A DNA stretch of 64,000 nucleotides from Tubiluchus corallicola (lineage: Eukaryota; Animalia; Priapulida), in assembly GCA_030141605.1 (NCBI GenBank), contig JAQGDQ010000010.1, forward strand, positions 310,001 to 374,000, given 5' to 3'. Below the pieces are notes generated by a model that was not told the origin of the DNA, searched no databases, and saw nothing but the letters and a program-made list of their open reading frames with translations. The translations under genes were made by a program, and so were the position numbers. Below are positions 14,271 through 37,400 of this stretch, piece after piece; position 1 is the stretch's first letter; each line of letters begins with the position of its first letter.

Positions 14271-17200
14271 TCATTTTCATACTGCTAAAATATAGAGAAC
14301 TGAAAGCATACATGGAACCACAGAGAGAGGAAAACGTATAGACATCTCACATTGTAACTCCACGACATACAGTGGACGTATTTTAAACTTTGAACAGACC
14401 ATGCTTTATGTTAAATCACAGCCTTAAATAATTGTAGGAACAAATAACAGCTATTTGACCGCTGCGCTGACCATGGCTATTTGCCTAACAACTCAAGGTA
14501 AATACAAGCAGTAGTTAAGCTTTAATATAACCCACTTACCTTAATAGCTCTTTAAACCCTCTATATCCGGGCAAAGCTTGGTAAATATGGCGTGTGTGCT
14601 TTTACCAGGTGAGTTGTTTTTGTTAGAATTCAAGTGTTTTTGCTTGTAAACAATTAAACCTTTTTTTCCGATGAAGCTCAGATGAAAACTTACTGTGTAG
14701 TTATGGCACTCTATCATTTATGCACTATTATTTTTATAAAGTAAACTCTTAACAAATATAAAATGTTAAGACTGTTACAGACCTTTCTATGATGTTTTAT
14801 TGTTTTGAAACATAGTTTTTGATACAAGTCAGTTTTGTAAATTTTCAGCGCTTCTTATATATAAGATGCCCTGACATCTAAAGAGTCGAGCAGTTTGTTT
14901 AGACTTGATAATTAATTGAAAAAAAGCAAAATATGAAAACTCGGAGAAATAAATAAAACGTATAGCCTTAAAAGTCGTTAACTAGAAGCTTTAAAGTTTG
15001 TTTTTATAGCTTAAGGTTTGGAACAAACGAATTCTTTACGAACAAACTAATAAGCGATGCTTCAGATTTTCCCAGAACTGAATTGCGCCCTAGATCGGGT
15101 AACGGAAACCAAGCATTGGTAATTACATCGGTTGCCGATATATCGGTTATGAGTACATCGATTGGTACATTATCAATGTATGAACAAAAGGGATGGTAAC
15201 TAAAGTTCTACTGACAACCCTAGTACACTATTACTATAATAACTAATATAAGTCAGCCATGCCTTTTGTAACAGCAATTATCATGCACACGCCGAGTCTT
15301 TTTTTGCATTCAGTTGCGATATTTTTGAACTTGAGACGTTCATTGTCACCAAGATGAAACAAAGTTTCTTGCTAATTATGTTAGTCTTGATTAAATCTGT
15401 CCTTATAATGAGCGTTATTAAGCTCGAGCAAACTGCATGTTAGTTTCCGAGTAGACTCACTGGAATAATAGTCGTTATTAACGATTATAAATATCATTGA
15501 ATTATCTTGTTTTCACCAGCATAACAATAATAGTATGAATCGTCTACACCGTATAATATGTGCATTGTAATAGTGGTGTGTGACACCTCAGTTCAGTGAC
15601 CTGGTTTTGTGTAATAATAATACAGGTATTATCCTACCTGGCACGAAATCCAAACATGCTAAATTCGAATTTTAATTCTACTTTAAAAAGTGATTGTAAA
15701 ATGGAGATTGGGTTTCCAAACGCAGTAATTATAAAGTCTGTATTAGCTGCAGGTAATTTGATTGCAAAAGACAAACGTGCAATTGTTTACACCTTTATTT
15801 ATCGACTTTCACATGTAGGTGCGTAGGCAAATTAAAGATGACTTTTGCTTTTAGCAAGTGAGGCTTTAGTTTTGAAAAGTGGGCTAATGACGAAAACTGA
15901 CAACTTTCTCTTTTGCTTTGTCTAAGTATCTTGAAAATAAATAACTCAAACTCGCATCGCGGTTCTTCTGCAGTGTGCCACTTCATTGTTCTAAATTCGA
16001 AAGAATGTTTGAGACTTTCTATTTCAGTAATTTCACCACCGCCCAGTAGGAGCAAGAGAGTTGGGACGTACTCTTGTAAAACTTTCTCATTAATTCCCAT
16101 AACGATCACGCGGTGGCTTTGTAATTCAATATAGCATACTGACACTGTAGGTTATGATAATACACCCCGATTCAAATCAGAAGTTCTACTCCTCGAAGTA
16201 TTCTTCCGCTTTATTCAGAGATTCTCACATTTTAATATAACATTTAACATCACTAGTACTGTATCTATTGAGCCTCAAATTGCGAAACGTGTATTAAAAC
16301 TTCTGTATTGTATAATACTTCAAATAAACCCCAGGTTAAAATCTTTGGCAATATTGAACATGCAATCAAGTATTTCTACTTCAGAAAAAAATATATTAAA
16401 ATGTCTACTAGTTGTAGAGTCGATGAAAGACCAACGTGTAAACTACTTTATGAATTATGATGGGCAAAAGAAGGCCAAATAATAATTAGAAATTTCTTGG
16501 ATATTGAAATTCAAACAGTGTTTAATTATATATTAGGTCTGCATGCATACTAAGATTCACACTTTTTAGTTTTCACTAACCATATTGCTTTTAAGACGTA
16601 GTCTAACATTTTTTGTTGTTTCGTTTTTCTCCCGTGTGTAGTTGTTAACGTTGTTAAAATGCAGATGTAGTAATAGTTGTATGTATACTATATTTTGCCA
16701 ATATAGGATGTATGTTTTCAGACGTATGATAGTCTATTGTAAAACAGCGTTTAATTTTTACAATTTGCTTTTATATAACAGGCGCAAAAATGTAAAAATT
16801 TCGGCACCTGTTACAAAAATGCTAACTTACAGAGGAACAAACAAACATTAATTCAAATAGTATTAATATAGGCATACATCTGCTAGCTTTTGTTGTGTAG
16901 TCACTAGTTTGAGGACAGCTTTTTCCAACTAGGTAAACACTGCTGACATTGTTAGCTGGACTGCTTGTGTTCATTTTAGGCAGCTCTTTCCGGACGGGCA
17001 GACTTTGCAGGACGTTGTCCAGCTGAATGCGCCTCTTTACACTAAATCAGTAGTTTCTTCTTATACCTAACCAGATTAAATGAGAACATTGGCTTTACAT
17101 AAGTTTGGTGACCTTGCTCTCTTTTTCATTTGTTTGTACTGTTGCCTTACAAAAAGTTAGCAAAAGCCGTTTGTCTATTGAAAAAACAATTCTTTTACGT

Positions 17201-17798
17201 GTATATTGTTCGAAGAAATTGGGTTTCTCTAGTTTGACAGGCAAAAGAATTATAGCAGTCTACAAAGATTAGCCATAAAAATAGCGAATGATTATAATTT
17301 AACGTTGTAGCCTAAATTTTAGGTTATCTACTGTGAGTCGTCTAATGTTCTGGTTAAGATTTACCTTAATGCAATTAGTTGGCCAGTCAGTTAGTTAACA
17401 CGAAAAAGCGCAAAATCGTTAAAATAACTGACGCTGTTCAACTCGTTGTCGTTTGTTTGTTAAAGCATGTATATGCAGGTACCACAAACCCAATGACAAC
17501 TGTAAAACATTAAACTAAAGGTTATTAGTCATAATTTTAGAATTTATTTGTTTTATCAATAATTGTTTGTTTGTAGTGTCGTCATATTTCATAACTGAAA
17601 TTGTATTTATGTCTAGTTTGGTATCTGTTTTTGGCACTGATAAATGTTATATGTGCTTCTCTAACAGCTCGTGAAAATGGCGCGTAAGAAAATTGGGAAA
17701 ATTAATTAGCTAATTATTGCTCTAGATTTATTCGATTAACGAAACTGAATACTGTTTATAAAACACTTTTAGTTATTTTTCAGAACTTGTATGACATC

Positions 17799-26630
<8,832 letters not shown>

Positions 26631-29233
26631 AATTAACTGTGAATTGAGGCTAATTCATACTAAAACAATCGTAGTTCAGCGACCTCTCAAAGATTTTGTG
26701 AAATCAGCTCTTTACCAGACATTGCGTGTTCACCTGCGCAATAAACCTAATACAAGTGATTGCGGGTAACAAAGTCTGGTAAACGGATGCTCTGAAAACA
26801 ATATAAAGTGATTTTACCTAATAACGTATAACGCATTCCACATGTCTGGTAAACGCCGCTTTAGGTTATAATTGCATTGAGGTAATTCGATTAGCCAGCA
26901 AACAGTATATTCACCAGGTTATGTGTTGTCTTAATCTTCGTTTAACCAAACAGGGATGTATTGCAGATCTTAGAGCAGCGAAATCTCAGCTGTTATTATT
27001 GTCAATGCAAAATTAAATGCTTACATGTATAGTTATCGATATAATGTACAAAGTAATTTGAAAGTTTGTATATTGATCAAAATTAATACTGGTTAACATA
27101 ACTGTAATTACAAGTTGTTATATTTATAAACTATGTATTTGCACGTTGTACAAGTATGCATTAATTATTTTAGACATGTACCTATTTTGGATGAAAACGT
27201 AAGTTTAAGCAGTAAAAAGTCTAAGTAATGAAATGTACAGCAAAGTGCAGGTGCCTTGTAAAATGCTATTTTTAAATATTTTAATGTAAACTTTTTATCA
27301 CAAATGTACATAAGCTTTTAGGCACAAACACATAAAGAACTAAAGTAGCCAGTGTGTTTTATATACACGCATGCGGCTTTATAACGTGGCATTGTTATAG
27401 CAGCTTGTAGCTTATTTATTTTTAGGAATAGCGAAACATGGCGTTTTTCCAAATACACTTTACTTTTTGCAACAAAATTATTATTTATTGTAATAATACA
27501 TCTCTAGTGCTTTTAAGTAGTAGTATTAATAGTAATAATAAAAACAACAACAACAAGATGAAGCATTAATGTGATTATTTTATTGTTTGATTAGGTTTTT
27601 TATGACAATTATTTTATTTTTATATGTATATATACTTCATACATCAGTTAATGCTGAGTACACGTTATTTGCACTTTGTACAGTTCACACTGTCATTCTC
27701 CTAAATCAACTTAATGAGAAACTTACATAATTAATTCAACACAATTATTGAACACATGTGACATGTCCAATGGTATCTCATATTGTGCGGAATATTTTGA
27801 CATTCTGTGAGGAGTGCCTTGCATTTCTTCGTGTGATGCGTCAGAATTGTCTAGCATAATGAAATTTCGTTCGACATGATACATGTCAAAATGTCAATAG
27901 GCCTATATTCGCCAAAAAAAGATTTCTGTTTCTATAAAAGTTTTCAATCTCGCAATAGTTTTATGATATACCCCGAATTTTCAAAAGCAAGTTTCAAAAT
28001 TCAATAATATAGACGAGGTGTATGGTATAAGTATTTGAGGAAAGGGTTAATCAGGTACAACTATAAACGATTTTTCTTTCTGTAATTCGGGATTCTTTCT
28101 GTAATCTTTCTGATCTTATAAGCAGCCAATACCTGGCTGTATGGCGCTTGGAGACATCTGTCGGTTCAGCATTTTGGTGTGAGCACATGAATTTCGCGCA
28201 CATTTTAAAGCTTAAAAACACATTAGTAAGAGCCTGTCATTAAACGCAAATCATGGTTACGTAGACTTACGTTTAGCAAATTTCTACCATGATGGGTCGT
28301 CCAGAAATGCGAGTATATATAATGCATTAATCTGAAATTTTTAGTTGTTTAGTTACAAAAAATTACCTCCCTTAAAGTAAATCATGAGTAACAATATGAT
28401 AAAGATTAGTATCCACTTTATTTTCTTGTCTCATGCACATTTACCCTACCAAGAAAGAATGTTGCTGTGATGAGTGGTATGAACACAAGGTCAATAAGTT
28501 GTATTGTACAAATGTTAAATGAGAATTTTTTAGGTTCTACGATAGTCTTATTGAGTAACCGACAGTAACTGGAAATTATTATAACAATCGCTGTGTTTCC
28601 CACAATAATGGCGTGTACTCGCATATTTTGGAAAAGGGGATTCTCACTACACATATCCACTTAACATACCTCGCACCCGACCCGCAAGACTTCAGTACGG
28701 TTATTGTCGCCGACAAGTGCATTTCTCTAATAATCGCAGCCTGTTTTTATATGTATATCATAATAAACTGTTGACTAACTGACCAGTTTGTTCTATAATC
28801 ATTGATTGTGTTACAATATTTAGGCCTACTTTCAAATAAAGAGTAGGTTCTAGGTAGCGATAAAGAGTAATTACTCTTTAAATTGTTTGCTTGAATTAAT
28901 GCTATCATAAATAGGCCTAGAACCCTGAGTGACAATGCGAATGAAATCGCTAAAGCTAATAGTATGACGAAGCTGACAGACGGAGACGCTGCATAACTGC
29001 GTTTACGACAATCTGCTGGCGTAACTAGATATGACAATGGCGTTCTCTTATTTTTTTAACAGCAGGATAAAACACAGGTAAAACGTAAACTCGTCATCTG
29101 ACAGTATGATATGCTACCAAAGAAAGCTACCAAACATTATTGAAAGAGTACGCCTTCAGGTGGAATAAGCATACAAACGTTGAATTTTGAAACCAAACCT
29201 GCCCGAAAAATGTAAAAATTAAGTTTAGTTATT

Positions 29234-29295
29234 ACACAGCCTGGGTTTGAACCAGGTATCTCTCGTTTACAACGTGAACGTCATGACAGACTTAC
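29234..29295 (-). mobile_element. Degenerate tRNA-derived SINE head
   Basis: Minus strand reads ...GAGAGATACCTGGTTCAAACCCAGGCTGTG (B-box with T-stem pairing); no complete cloverleaf. Confidence 0.4.
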
Positions 29296-29759
29296 ATCAC
29301 GCTTATACTCTGTGGTGATCGCGACAGGTTCTAATTCAGTCTATAGCTGGCCAGTTAATCATCTTATTCTGAGAAAGTTTGGTTCCTCTATCCAACTACT
29401 GTAGCTTTATCAGATCACTAATTAAGATTATAAATATTTAATGAATAAGACTGAGTAAATTCTGTAAATAGTACACAAACGAAGATAAGATGTAACACAA
29501 GCACATTATAACAAGAAGATCGTCTAATTGCAACTTCGAAATAGATTTTCGGCCACTTAATTAATATTGGATCACCAAAAATAGAATAAAGCCCAAATGC
29601 CTAATCGCCAAATCGCAAATCGATAACTAATGTCATTAACGAAAATACTTCTTAGTTCAATATAATAGGCTTATATTTTCCGGAAATTTCTCCCTGGCTT
29701 TATCTCCACATCTCTAAGTATTACCCAATTTAAGCACTCAGTGAAACTTGCACAGACCC

Positions 29760-30050
29760 AAGGAACCCGAAAGTGGAATGTAATGCTTATTTTAATATTA
29801 ATACATCAATTATGAATATTCAAAATTAACTTTGATTTTAATAAATCACTTTTGAATATTCATAAATGATTTATTAACATTAATAAATGCGTGATGTTTT
29901 AACATTAAAATCGATTTATTAATATTAATAAATGAATTATGAATATTTCAAATTGGTTTATTAATATTAAAAAATAATTTATGAATTTTCAAAACTGATT
30001 TATTAATATTAGAAAATAAGCGTTAAATTCAACTTTTGTGTTTCAAACAG
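29760..30050. mobile_element. MITE with inverted termini and internal AT-rich tandem array
   Basis: Left GAACCCGAAAGTGGAATGTAATGCTTATTTTAATATTAATA versus right reverse complement GAAACACAAAAGTTGAATTTAACGCTTATTTTCTAATATTAATA; interior of ~20-bp units (TTTATGAATATTCA / GATTTATTAATATTAATAAA). Confidence 0.6.
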
Positions 30051-30404
30051 ACTTGTATAGAACGATGTAAGCTTAGCTTACATTACCCCTGGTTACAAGA
30101 AACATTGGTAGCAGGAGCAAGCTTATTCAGTCCTGTATTATTTAAGAGTCATCGTCTAAGAGCCCTGTATAAGGTAGAAGCGTTGCTACGTAAAGTTTAG
30201 AAAGATGGTGCTAGTAAGGCGCAGGCGACTGTTATTAGTTGCGTTAATAATGCTGTTTTCATCGTTTTGGTTGACATTATATAAGCAAAAAGGTAACGTA
30301 GACTGGCTGAATGATTTACTTTTTTTATTTAATTAAAAGACGAATAAACGTTGTAAATAAGTAGAAATCGCAAATGTTTCAATTAACGCAAGAGTTATTA
30401 GCAA

Positions 30405-30780
30405 ATAAATGAATGAATGAATGAAAGAAGGAAGGAAGCGAATGAAAGAATGATTTGTGAATTTATATTAGTGTGGATGCCAAAAATTTTGGACGTGTAT
30501 TTAATGTAGGTAACTTTTATATGTCTTTTTTTTACTGACTAAAGCAAATCAGAGAAACGATTGAACAAATGGAAGACTAAACAAATGAACGAATGAGTGA
30601 ATTAATAAACAAAGGAGAGAGTAAGTGAATACTAAAATGCACAAATAATTTTTTGAATAAATGAATGAGTGAGTGAATGAATGGGTAAATAAACGAGCTA
30701 TGAACAGAATAAAAGAACATCTAAAAGAATGAAAGAAAAATAACAATAATAGCAATAATGAACAAAGGAATGAATGAACA
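30405..30780. repeat. Degenerate (GAAT)n low-complexity tract
   Basis: GAAT/AAAC tetranucleotide runs. Confidence 0.7.
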
Positions 30781-30999
30781 ACTAAATGCCGTCATGTTGT
30801 GTAATGGGTATTATGCCATGTTTATTCTTGAAATTGAAGGGCTACGTTTTTGTAACTTCAGTTCGTTCCAGAAATGATTAGTTGCGCTAGGTTTTTTGAG
30901 ATTTAACTGTCTGTGTTAAGAAATATGACGGTAAATTATTGTATACAAATAATTATTTACTTATTATTATTAGTATTATAATTATTATTATGAGTTTAT

Positions 31000-31600
31000 T
31001 TATAGAAATATACAGCTTACAAAGACAAGATGTTAGTAAAACAGACAATAGGATGATAGTAAAGTAACATATCTACAGAAATTCAACTTTGTAATATCCA
31101 GTATCCACTCATTTCAGTACTCTTGTAATTTATAACATACAGTGTTGCAAAAATCTATAACAGGTATCTTAAAACATAATCTTTAAATGAGTTCTTTACC
31201 GTTAACTTTGCATTTTCGTTTAGATCTACAGCACAACCATATTTAAATCTTAAATTTATTTGACTGTTATTTACATAGTAGCATAGCTTTGGAATTCTCA
31301 ATGTGCAAGACTTTGCAATTTTTCTCACAAAATTAAATTTTCGACTATCTATAAAATAATTCGCAGACATTGTGCCACAAAAATACATTGACAATTTGAC
31401 GCTTTCATTTTGTCTAAAACCAAATATTTTTCTACAATCAGTGTTCCATTTTACCCTAATGGCATTAACTTCACTGTTTGATATATCCCAAATTTGGCAT
31501 CCGTATAATAAAATTGATAGACAATATATATTCATCAGAGTCTTACCTACTATGTTATGTTTTGCAGCACTATTTGTAAATAAATTATTATTCCATACAG
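31000..31600 (-). mobile_element. 5'-truncated non-LTR retrotransposon 3' fragment (RT C-terminal region, CR1/L2 group)
   Basis: ORF 31155..31535(-) YCLSILLYGCQIW...VKWNTDCRKIFG is typical of the LINE ORF2 C-terminus. On - it is followed by an AATAAA and a (TAA)n-like tail at about 30960-31005. Confidence 0.7.
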
Positions 31601-31874
31601 CGATGTACAGAACGAAAGTAATGACATTGCTATGGCTGCATGATCATTGGACTTTATACGGTTCTGTATCTGTAAGCAACAGCTGTTACAGACGTATAAA
31701 CCCATCATTATTTTCACTTCAGTAAAAAGACCAAATATATACGACGCTACAGCTGCAACGGCATGTTTGATGAGGGAATTTTGTTTGTGGAGTATAATGA
31801 CTGTAAACACGCCTAAACTGGACTTTGGGCAGTTGAGTGTTCAGTGTTCAAAGGTTCTGATTTCATTGTGAAAA

Positions 31875-32214
31875 ATGAAAAGGCAAAAACGACATTTGGT
31901 GGTCTTATTAGTGTCAGCGTGTTTGCTATTCTTGATTATACACAGATATACTAGTGGTAAGGCTTGAAAAACGTTATCTATTTCATGACACTGTATGTAG
32001 TACACACACAGTAGTTACTTACGGAAACAGGTTAACAATAAATTTTCCTACTGTCGTTGCCAGAGAGGAAAGCATTCTTATGCAGGCGTCTTTAGACGTA
32101 AAATTTTTACTAATTTTTACATTATAACACGTTTCTTATATGCTAAAGTTGAATTGAATGCTCATTTTTAATATTAGTGGACCAATTTTTGATTATTCGT
32201 AAGTAATGTACTCA

Positions 32215-32295
<81 letters not shown>

Positions 32296-33663
32296 CCATG
32301 ACTACTCATCTCTCTCTCTTTTTCTTAATATAATATGTACCTATATATATAATACATAAAGATAGGTCACGGTTTGTGAGTGATTATGAAGTTATGCTAA
32401 ACAATACATGGCTGGTAAATGGATGATGCCGAAAAATAGGTTGTGTTCTAATTTCATCTGCCATACCGCTTTGGCTATTTTTCTTGTTGAGGAAAGACAT
32501 ACATATATACATCCTAACATGTCTAATATGACTTTACTGGTTCAGTGCCCCATCTCGGATTATTCTTACTAATTAGCTAGATACTGGTCCTGCCATAACC
32601 ATCAACATTAAAAGGCACTGCATCACATTCTGGATATGGGTGTGCAGCATGCTAAATGTTAATCAAAAACAGCTAACTATTGTCTTTGTTGTATATATGT
32701 AATTTCGTTTCAGAAAAAGAATCGCAAATGTTCATCTTCGCTCAAAGAGGGCAATCTCAGGACGAAATTTTAAGCGAAGCGGAGAGAAACAGATTAAAAC
32801 AAATTAATCAGTTCCAAAAGACGATAAAAGTTATGAAGGAAAGAGCAGACAGACTGCGTGAACGGTGCAAACTTCTGAAAAAGACGCTTCAAGATCCGAA
32901 AAATAAACTGCAGTATCGGTACGACAGAGGTCAGTTCATGGTCAATGACCAGCACAAGCTTCTGATGTGCACCATTGCCAAGGTCGCATGTGGAAATTGG
33001 AAAGAAGTCTTTGCGCATTTATACCTTGGAAAGGCAAAACAAAACACAAGTTACGAGATTCATTCTTTTGCAAGAAAGACGTTCTCACTTCGAACGTACA
33101 CAAGGGAACAGGAAGAAGACATAATTCATAATTACACAAAGATTGTTTTCGTCCGTCATCCATTCGAGAGACTGACATCAACATATCGTGACAAGATGTT
33201 GAACGAAAAAGGAAATCGACACACCTATTTTAAAGGCTATGGCAGAAAAGTGTTAGATAAATACAAACAATACGGGTGGCCGAATGCCACATATCCCAAT
33301 TTTGAGCAGTTTATTCGTAGTCTCACCGATTCAAAATTTGATAAGTTTGATGACCACTGGGCTAGATACATAGATGTGTGCGACCCATGCAGGTTCAATT
33401 ACACTTACATTGGAGAACACAATCATGTGGCTAAAGAGGCACCAGCATTGTTTTACCAGCTGGGTATTTCTGATCTGGTTAGTTTTCCAGAAAGGAGTAG
33501 GACTGCTTATAGGAAGGCAAAGTCCAGCGAAGTTGCACAGCGATATTTAAACGAACTTCCAGAGCAAGTTTACAATCAGATCTATGACAAGTACTCCATG
33601 GATTTTGTTCTGTTTGGATACAACCAAAATGACATCTCAAATTCAACTTCAACAGAACTTTAA
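31875..33663 (+). CDS. Golgi carbohydrate sulfotransferase, Sulfotransfer_2 family (CHST8-14 / HNK-1ST / chondroitin-4-O-sulfotransferase-like), 343 aa
   Basis: Exon 1 31875-31956 (MKRQKRHLVVLLVSACLLFLIIHRYTS, type II signal-anchor; donor G|gtaagg, phase 1) and exon 2 32714-33663. Motifs: 5'-PSB CTIAKVACGNWK, 3'-PB FVRHPFERLTSTYRDK, DDHW...CDPC...Y.YIG, and C-terminal Y..DF.LFGY. Confidence 0.93.
32217..32294. repeat. (TA)n microsatellite in sulfotransferase intron
   Basis: Perfect TA run of 78 bp. Confidence 0.98.
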
Positions 33664-34458
33664 TGTGTAGGATATTTCAAATTTAGTGCTTGGATTAAAT
33701 GCGATCTATTGCAGTAATTGTCACAAGCATCACAGTCATCAGCATTGCTCACATGATGGCGATTTACATTTTATTAATAATGCTATTTATTTAGAAAATA
33801 TTTCCTCCAGAACTGTTATCAAAGCTAACCATGGATGAGAACAATAGTGAATAGTTGCTGTCGCAAGAAGAAACGTTTGGTGTTTTTGCAATGGATGTAA
33901 TTTACTAACTATCTTAGCTAGAATAAATTTTGGGATTCTTCACAATTCATTGGACATTGATGTTTGCATTTACCATGCTAAAATTACAAAAAAATAACAC
34001 TATGCCATAAAAGCACTATAATGTAGTTCATTTATTAACTTAGTAGAGTCTTTTATTATTTGCTTTGTTTATCAACTGCTTCTTTAAAGAAATTGTCTAG
34101 TGATGCCACATTTTATAGCATATTGTTCGCTTTACCCAGTTCCCTTGTGTAGTCTGGATTTTTGTCGATTATTCTAATACCGAGAAGGTTTCTACATATT
34201 TAGCAGCTATTTGTTGATGGATTTGAAACTTTGAATAGTTTTTTATAAACTCACAATAAGTAGTTGTCACATTGTGTGATGTCAAGTAGTTTACATTATG
34301 TTATGTACAACTGTAGAGCCTACCAAAACATGCTCCAAATTCCCCCCTTTTAACAAAATTGTAAAAGTAAACACGTAATATAGCAAGAAGTAATTAACTT
34401 TATTTAAGTAACTCACTTTTGTTTATCTACATATTAAAAATATTAATTTAAGTTACAT

Positions 34459-37400
34459 CTATAGACCAGTATATGTTTCAGAACAATCAACATTCTCAAG
34501 AGTCACAATGTCGTCACCATCATCATCATAGTTCGTATTGTCATCCACAGTCTTATTAAGCGTGCTCTGATGGGACCAGGATGTGTCCGTTTTCAACACT
34601 TCTCGCAGCGCCATCGTGGCATATGATGAAGTTGGCAAGGACATTTCTATCTTTAGCGCCTTAAATGTCCCATCTATCAAAATATAGAAATGATCACTTG
34701 TTGAAAGTATAGTACAAGAAAAAAATGTCAACCAGAATTAAGGCTATTAAAAATTTAACGTTTAGCCAAAACAATGTCATTTATTCTTATAATGAATGTG
34801 CATGTGTTCTTATTCAACTATCATTTTTTGCTTATGACAAAGGTTATTTTACAGATTGTACAGCCATCTAAACACGTTTACCATAAACAGGACAGGATTA
34901 TGACCTTTCAGGGCCCCTAGGCTAGTGAAACTAAGTCACTGAAAATAAATTTTTATAAAAAAAAACTATGAATTTCAAAGATGTCATATATTGGAAGCCA
35001 GTGATCTGCAAACTTTCTCTGGAAGCCCATCAGCATGTTGCTTTGTATATGTAAGCTGTAACTATAAATATTGTTCAAACCTGTTAAAGGCTCTGGTAAT
35101 GTTAAACCATTTAGCTTGTCGACGTCACTTAAAACCAGTGGTTGCGTAAAATCATTGTAGTTAGTGATGTTCCAACTCAGATCTTTGGGCGTGACAATAA
35201 TCCTCCGATATGAACCAGGTAAAGAATAGTCCCTAAACATGAATAAATACATGTAAATATTCCAACTAACAGGCTAAGGCAATGCTGATTTGGATGATTT
35301 TTACAATGAAGGAGATATACAAGACTTTGATTTATCAACTGGCAACACTAATGAAAAGGTTGGATAAAATAAATTAATGCCTCCTCTGACATGATTTTTC
35401 TTACAAAAAGTTGAATCAATCTAAAATTTCTGTGTTTCTGAAGCCAAGCATGACTATAAAAGCTTATTTACTGTTAAATTTCTTGCTAAATTAAATTATT
35501 AAATTAAAAAAACATACTGTACATTAGGAATGAGCATTGAACGTTTGAGTTCGAACTTTCGAATCAAATTCGATCCTAAAATTATAAATTTGAATAATTT
35601 AGCACTTTGACCACATATATTCTTAATCATTGAAAATTCATCATTTATCATTTTCCCGGTGGTTTGAGAACTTGTTCGAAAATCTTCCCAGCTCAATTCA
35701 AATATCGATTCGAATTTGAAATGCTGAAATTTGGTTCGATTCTATTTCGAAAGTCACAAAGTCGATTCGATTAAAATTCACTTTCTGGTAGAGAATGCTC
35801 ACTCGTACTGTATATGTTATCACACTACTAACCTGACCTTATGTTTCAAGTTGTGAAAATCTAACCCATCTTCAGTCATCACATCTTTGTACAGCTGAGC
35901 AACTACAACACAGTAAGCATTCATATGCTAGACAAATAATTTTTCATAAACTTTTTTTACAGTTATTTTAAAAACTAACTGACCACTTAATACTAATCTA
36001 TTACTTTTATCATCACGTACTTTACCATAATTTTAGTAGCAACTTATTTTTGTAAAAACCACTAGATTATATAATTGCCGCCACTTGGTTAAAAAAGAAA
36101 AGCATTATCTGCTATACTGATTATTGCTATTTTGGTGCTGAATTTGTAACGTCATATGGGCTAGCATTTTGGTGATTTTTATATCGTAAGCATTGTCATA
36201 TATCAGTGATTGTGCCAGTATACACAGTTTGTAAAATTAAATCGTCCTGTTAAAGATGTTTACTAAAATTTATGCAGTTATACTTTAATATTACTGTGAA
36301 AATTGCTGGAATCATGGTCACTTACAAAGCTATCAAAATCATTGGGACATTAAGCCGTATTGTATGTCAACAATTAAAATTGTTCAAAGTTAATGAGGCT
36401 ATGTTTACGAAAATCAAGCACTTAGACCTGCTCTCGCAATGACAGGAGATATGGTTGCTGAACAGGTTTGAATAAAAGGTCTGAATCTATCAAGGTACAA
36501 ATTAGTTCAACAGCAGAATTCCTACACATTCCTGTTATTTTAAATAATAGATTCTTGGAGACAGCAAAAGAATTTCCCGAACATACTGAAGAAAGGGTCA
36601 AGCTCCTTGTAAAAATACTGACAATTTCAGACTTTTTACTTAAGGGCTTCGTGAATTTTATCATATGGAATGCGCATTCTGTAGACAAAAAACTTGTCTG
36701 TTGCGGATTCAGTCATGCATAACAGCACAGATTCCTTTATTATAACTGAAACATGGTTTAACGCAACAGATGATTCTATTAAATCAAGACTAAAATCAAC
36801 CCTCCAATGTTTTAACATATGCCAAGTACCAAGATTAAAAAGAAAGAGAGGTGGTGTTGCAATCATCGTTAAATTCAAAATCAAAGTAAACGTAAATGTA
36901 AACAAATCGCCCAGCTACAAAACGTTTGAGTTACTAGATACTAGAGGTACGTACACCATCAATGGTTATTCGCCTGGTTGTTGCTTATGATTGGAAGGGG
37001 ATGATTATAGGCTTTTTAAAAGAATTTTCATCATACATAGAATCAGTTTTGCATACTAAGGGACGCTACTCATTGTAGGTGATTTTAACATCCACGTGGA
37101 TGATTCCACGGATAGTGATGCTGCAAAGTTCACTGATCTGTTATTTTCCTTATGGTTGACACAACATGTACAAGAACTCAAGCATGAAAAAGGTGATATC
37201 CTTGACCTTATCATTACAAGACCATCAGATATAGATGCTTCTAACATTAGCTATGATTGGTCACTACATTCAGATCATGTTGCTATACATTTTACAGTTA
37301 ACACAGCTACTACTTTGCGTCCTTCAAAAACGTTACGTACCTCCAGAAACACTAGTGATATTGACATTTCTGTTCTACAATGTAAGATTGCCTCATATTT

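Noticed and set aside
13918-14341. Leu-rich and Asn-rich ORFs
   Set aside because: Low-complexity degenerate repeat; no splice or domain support.
29810-30020. CRISPR-like array
   Set aside because: Eukaryotic context; degenerate AT-rich tandem units without unique spacers, inside a MITE.
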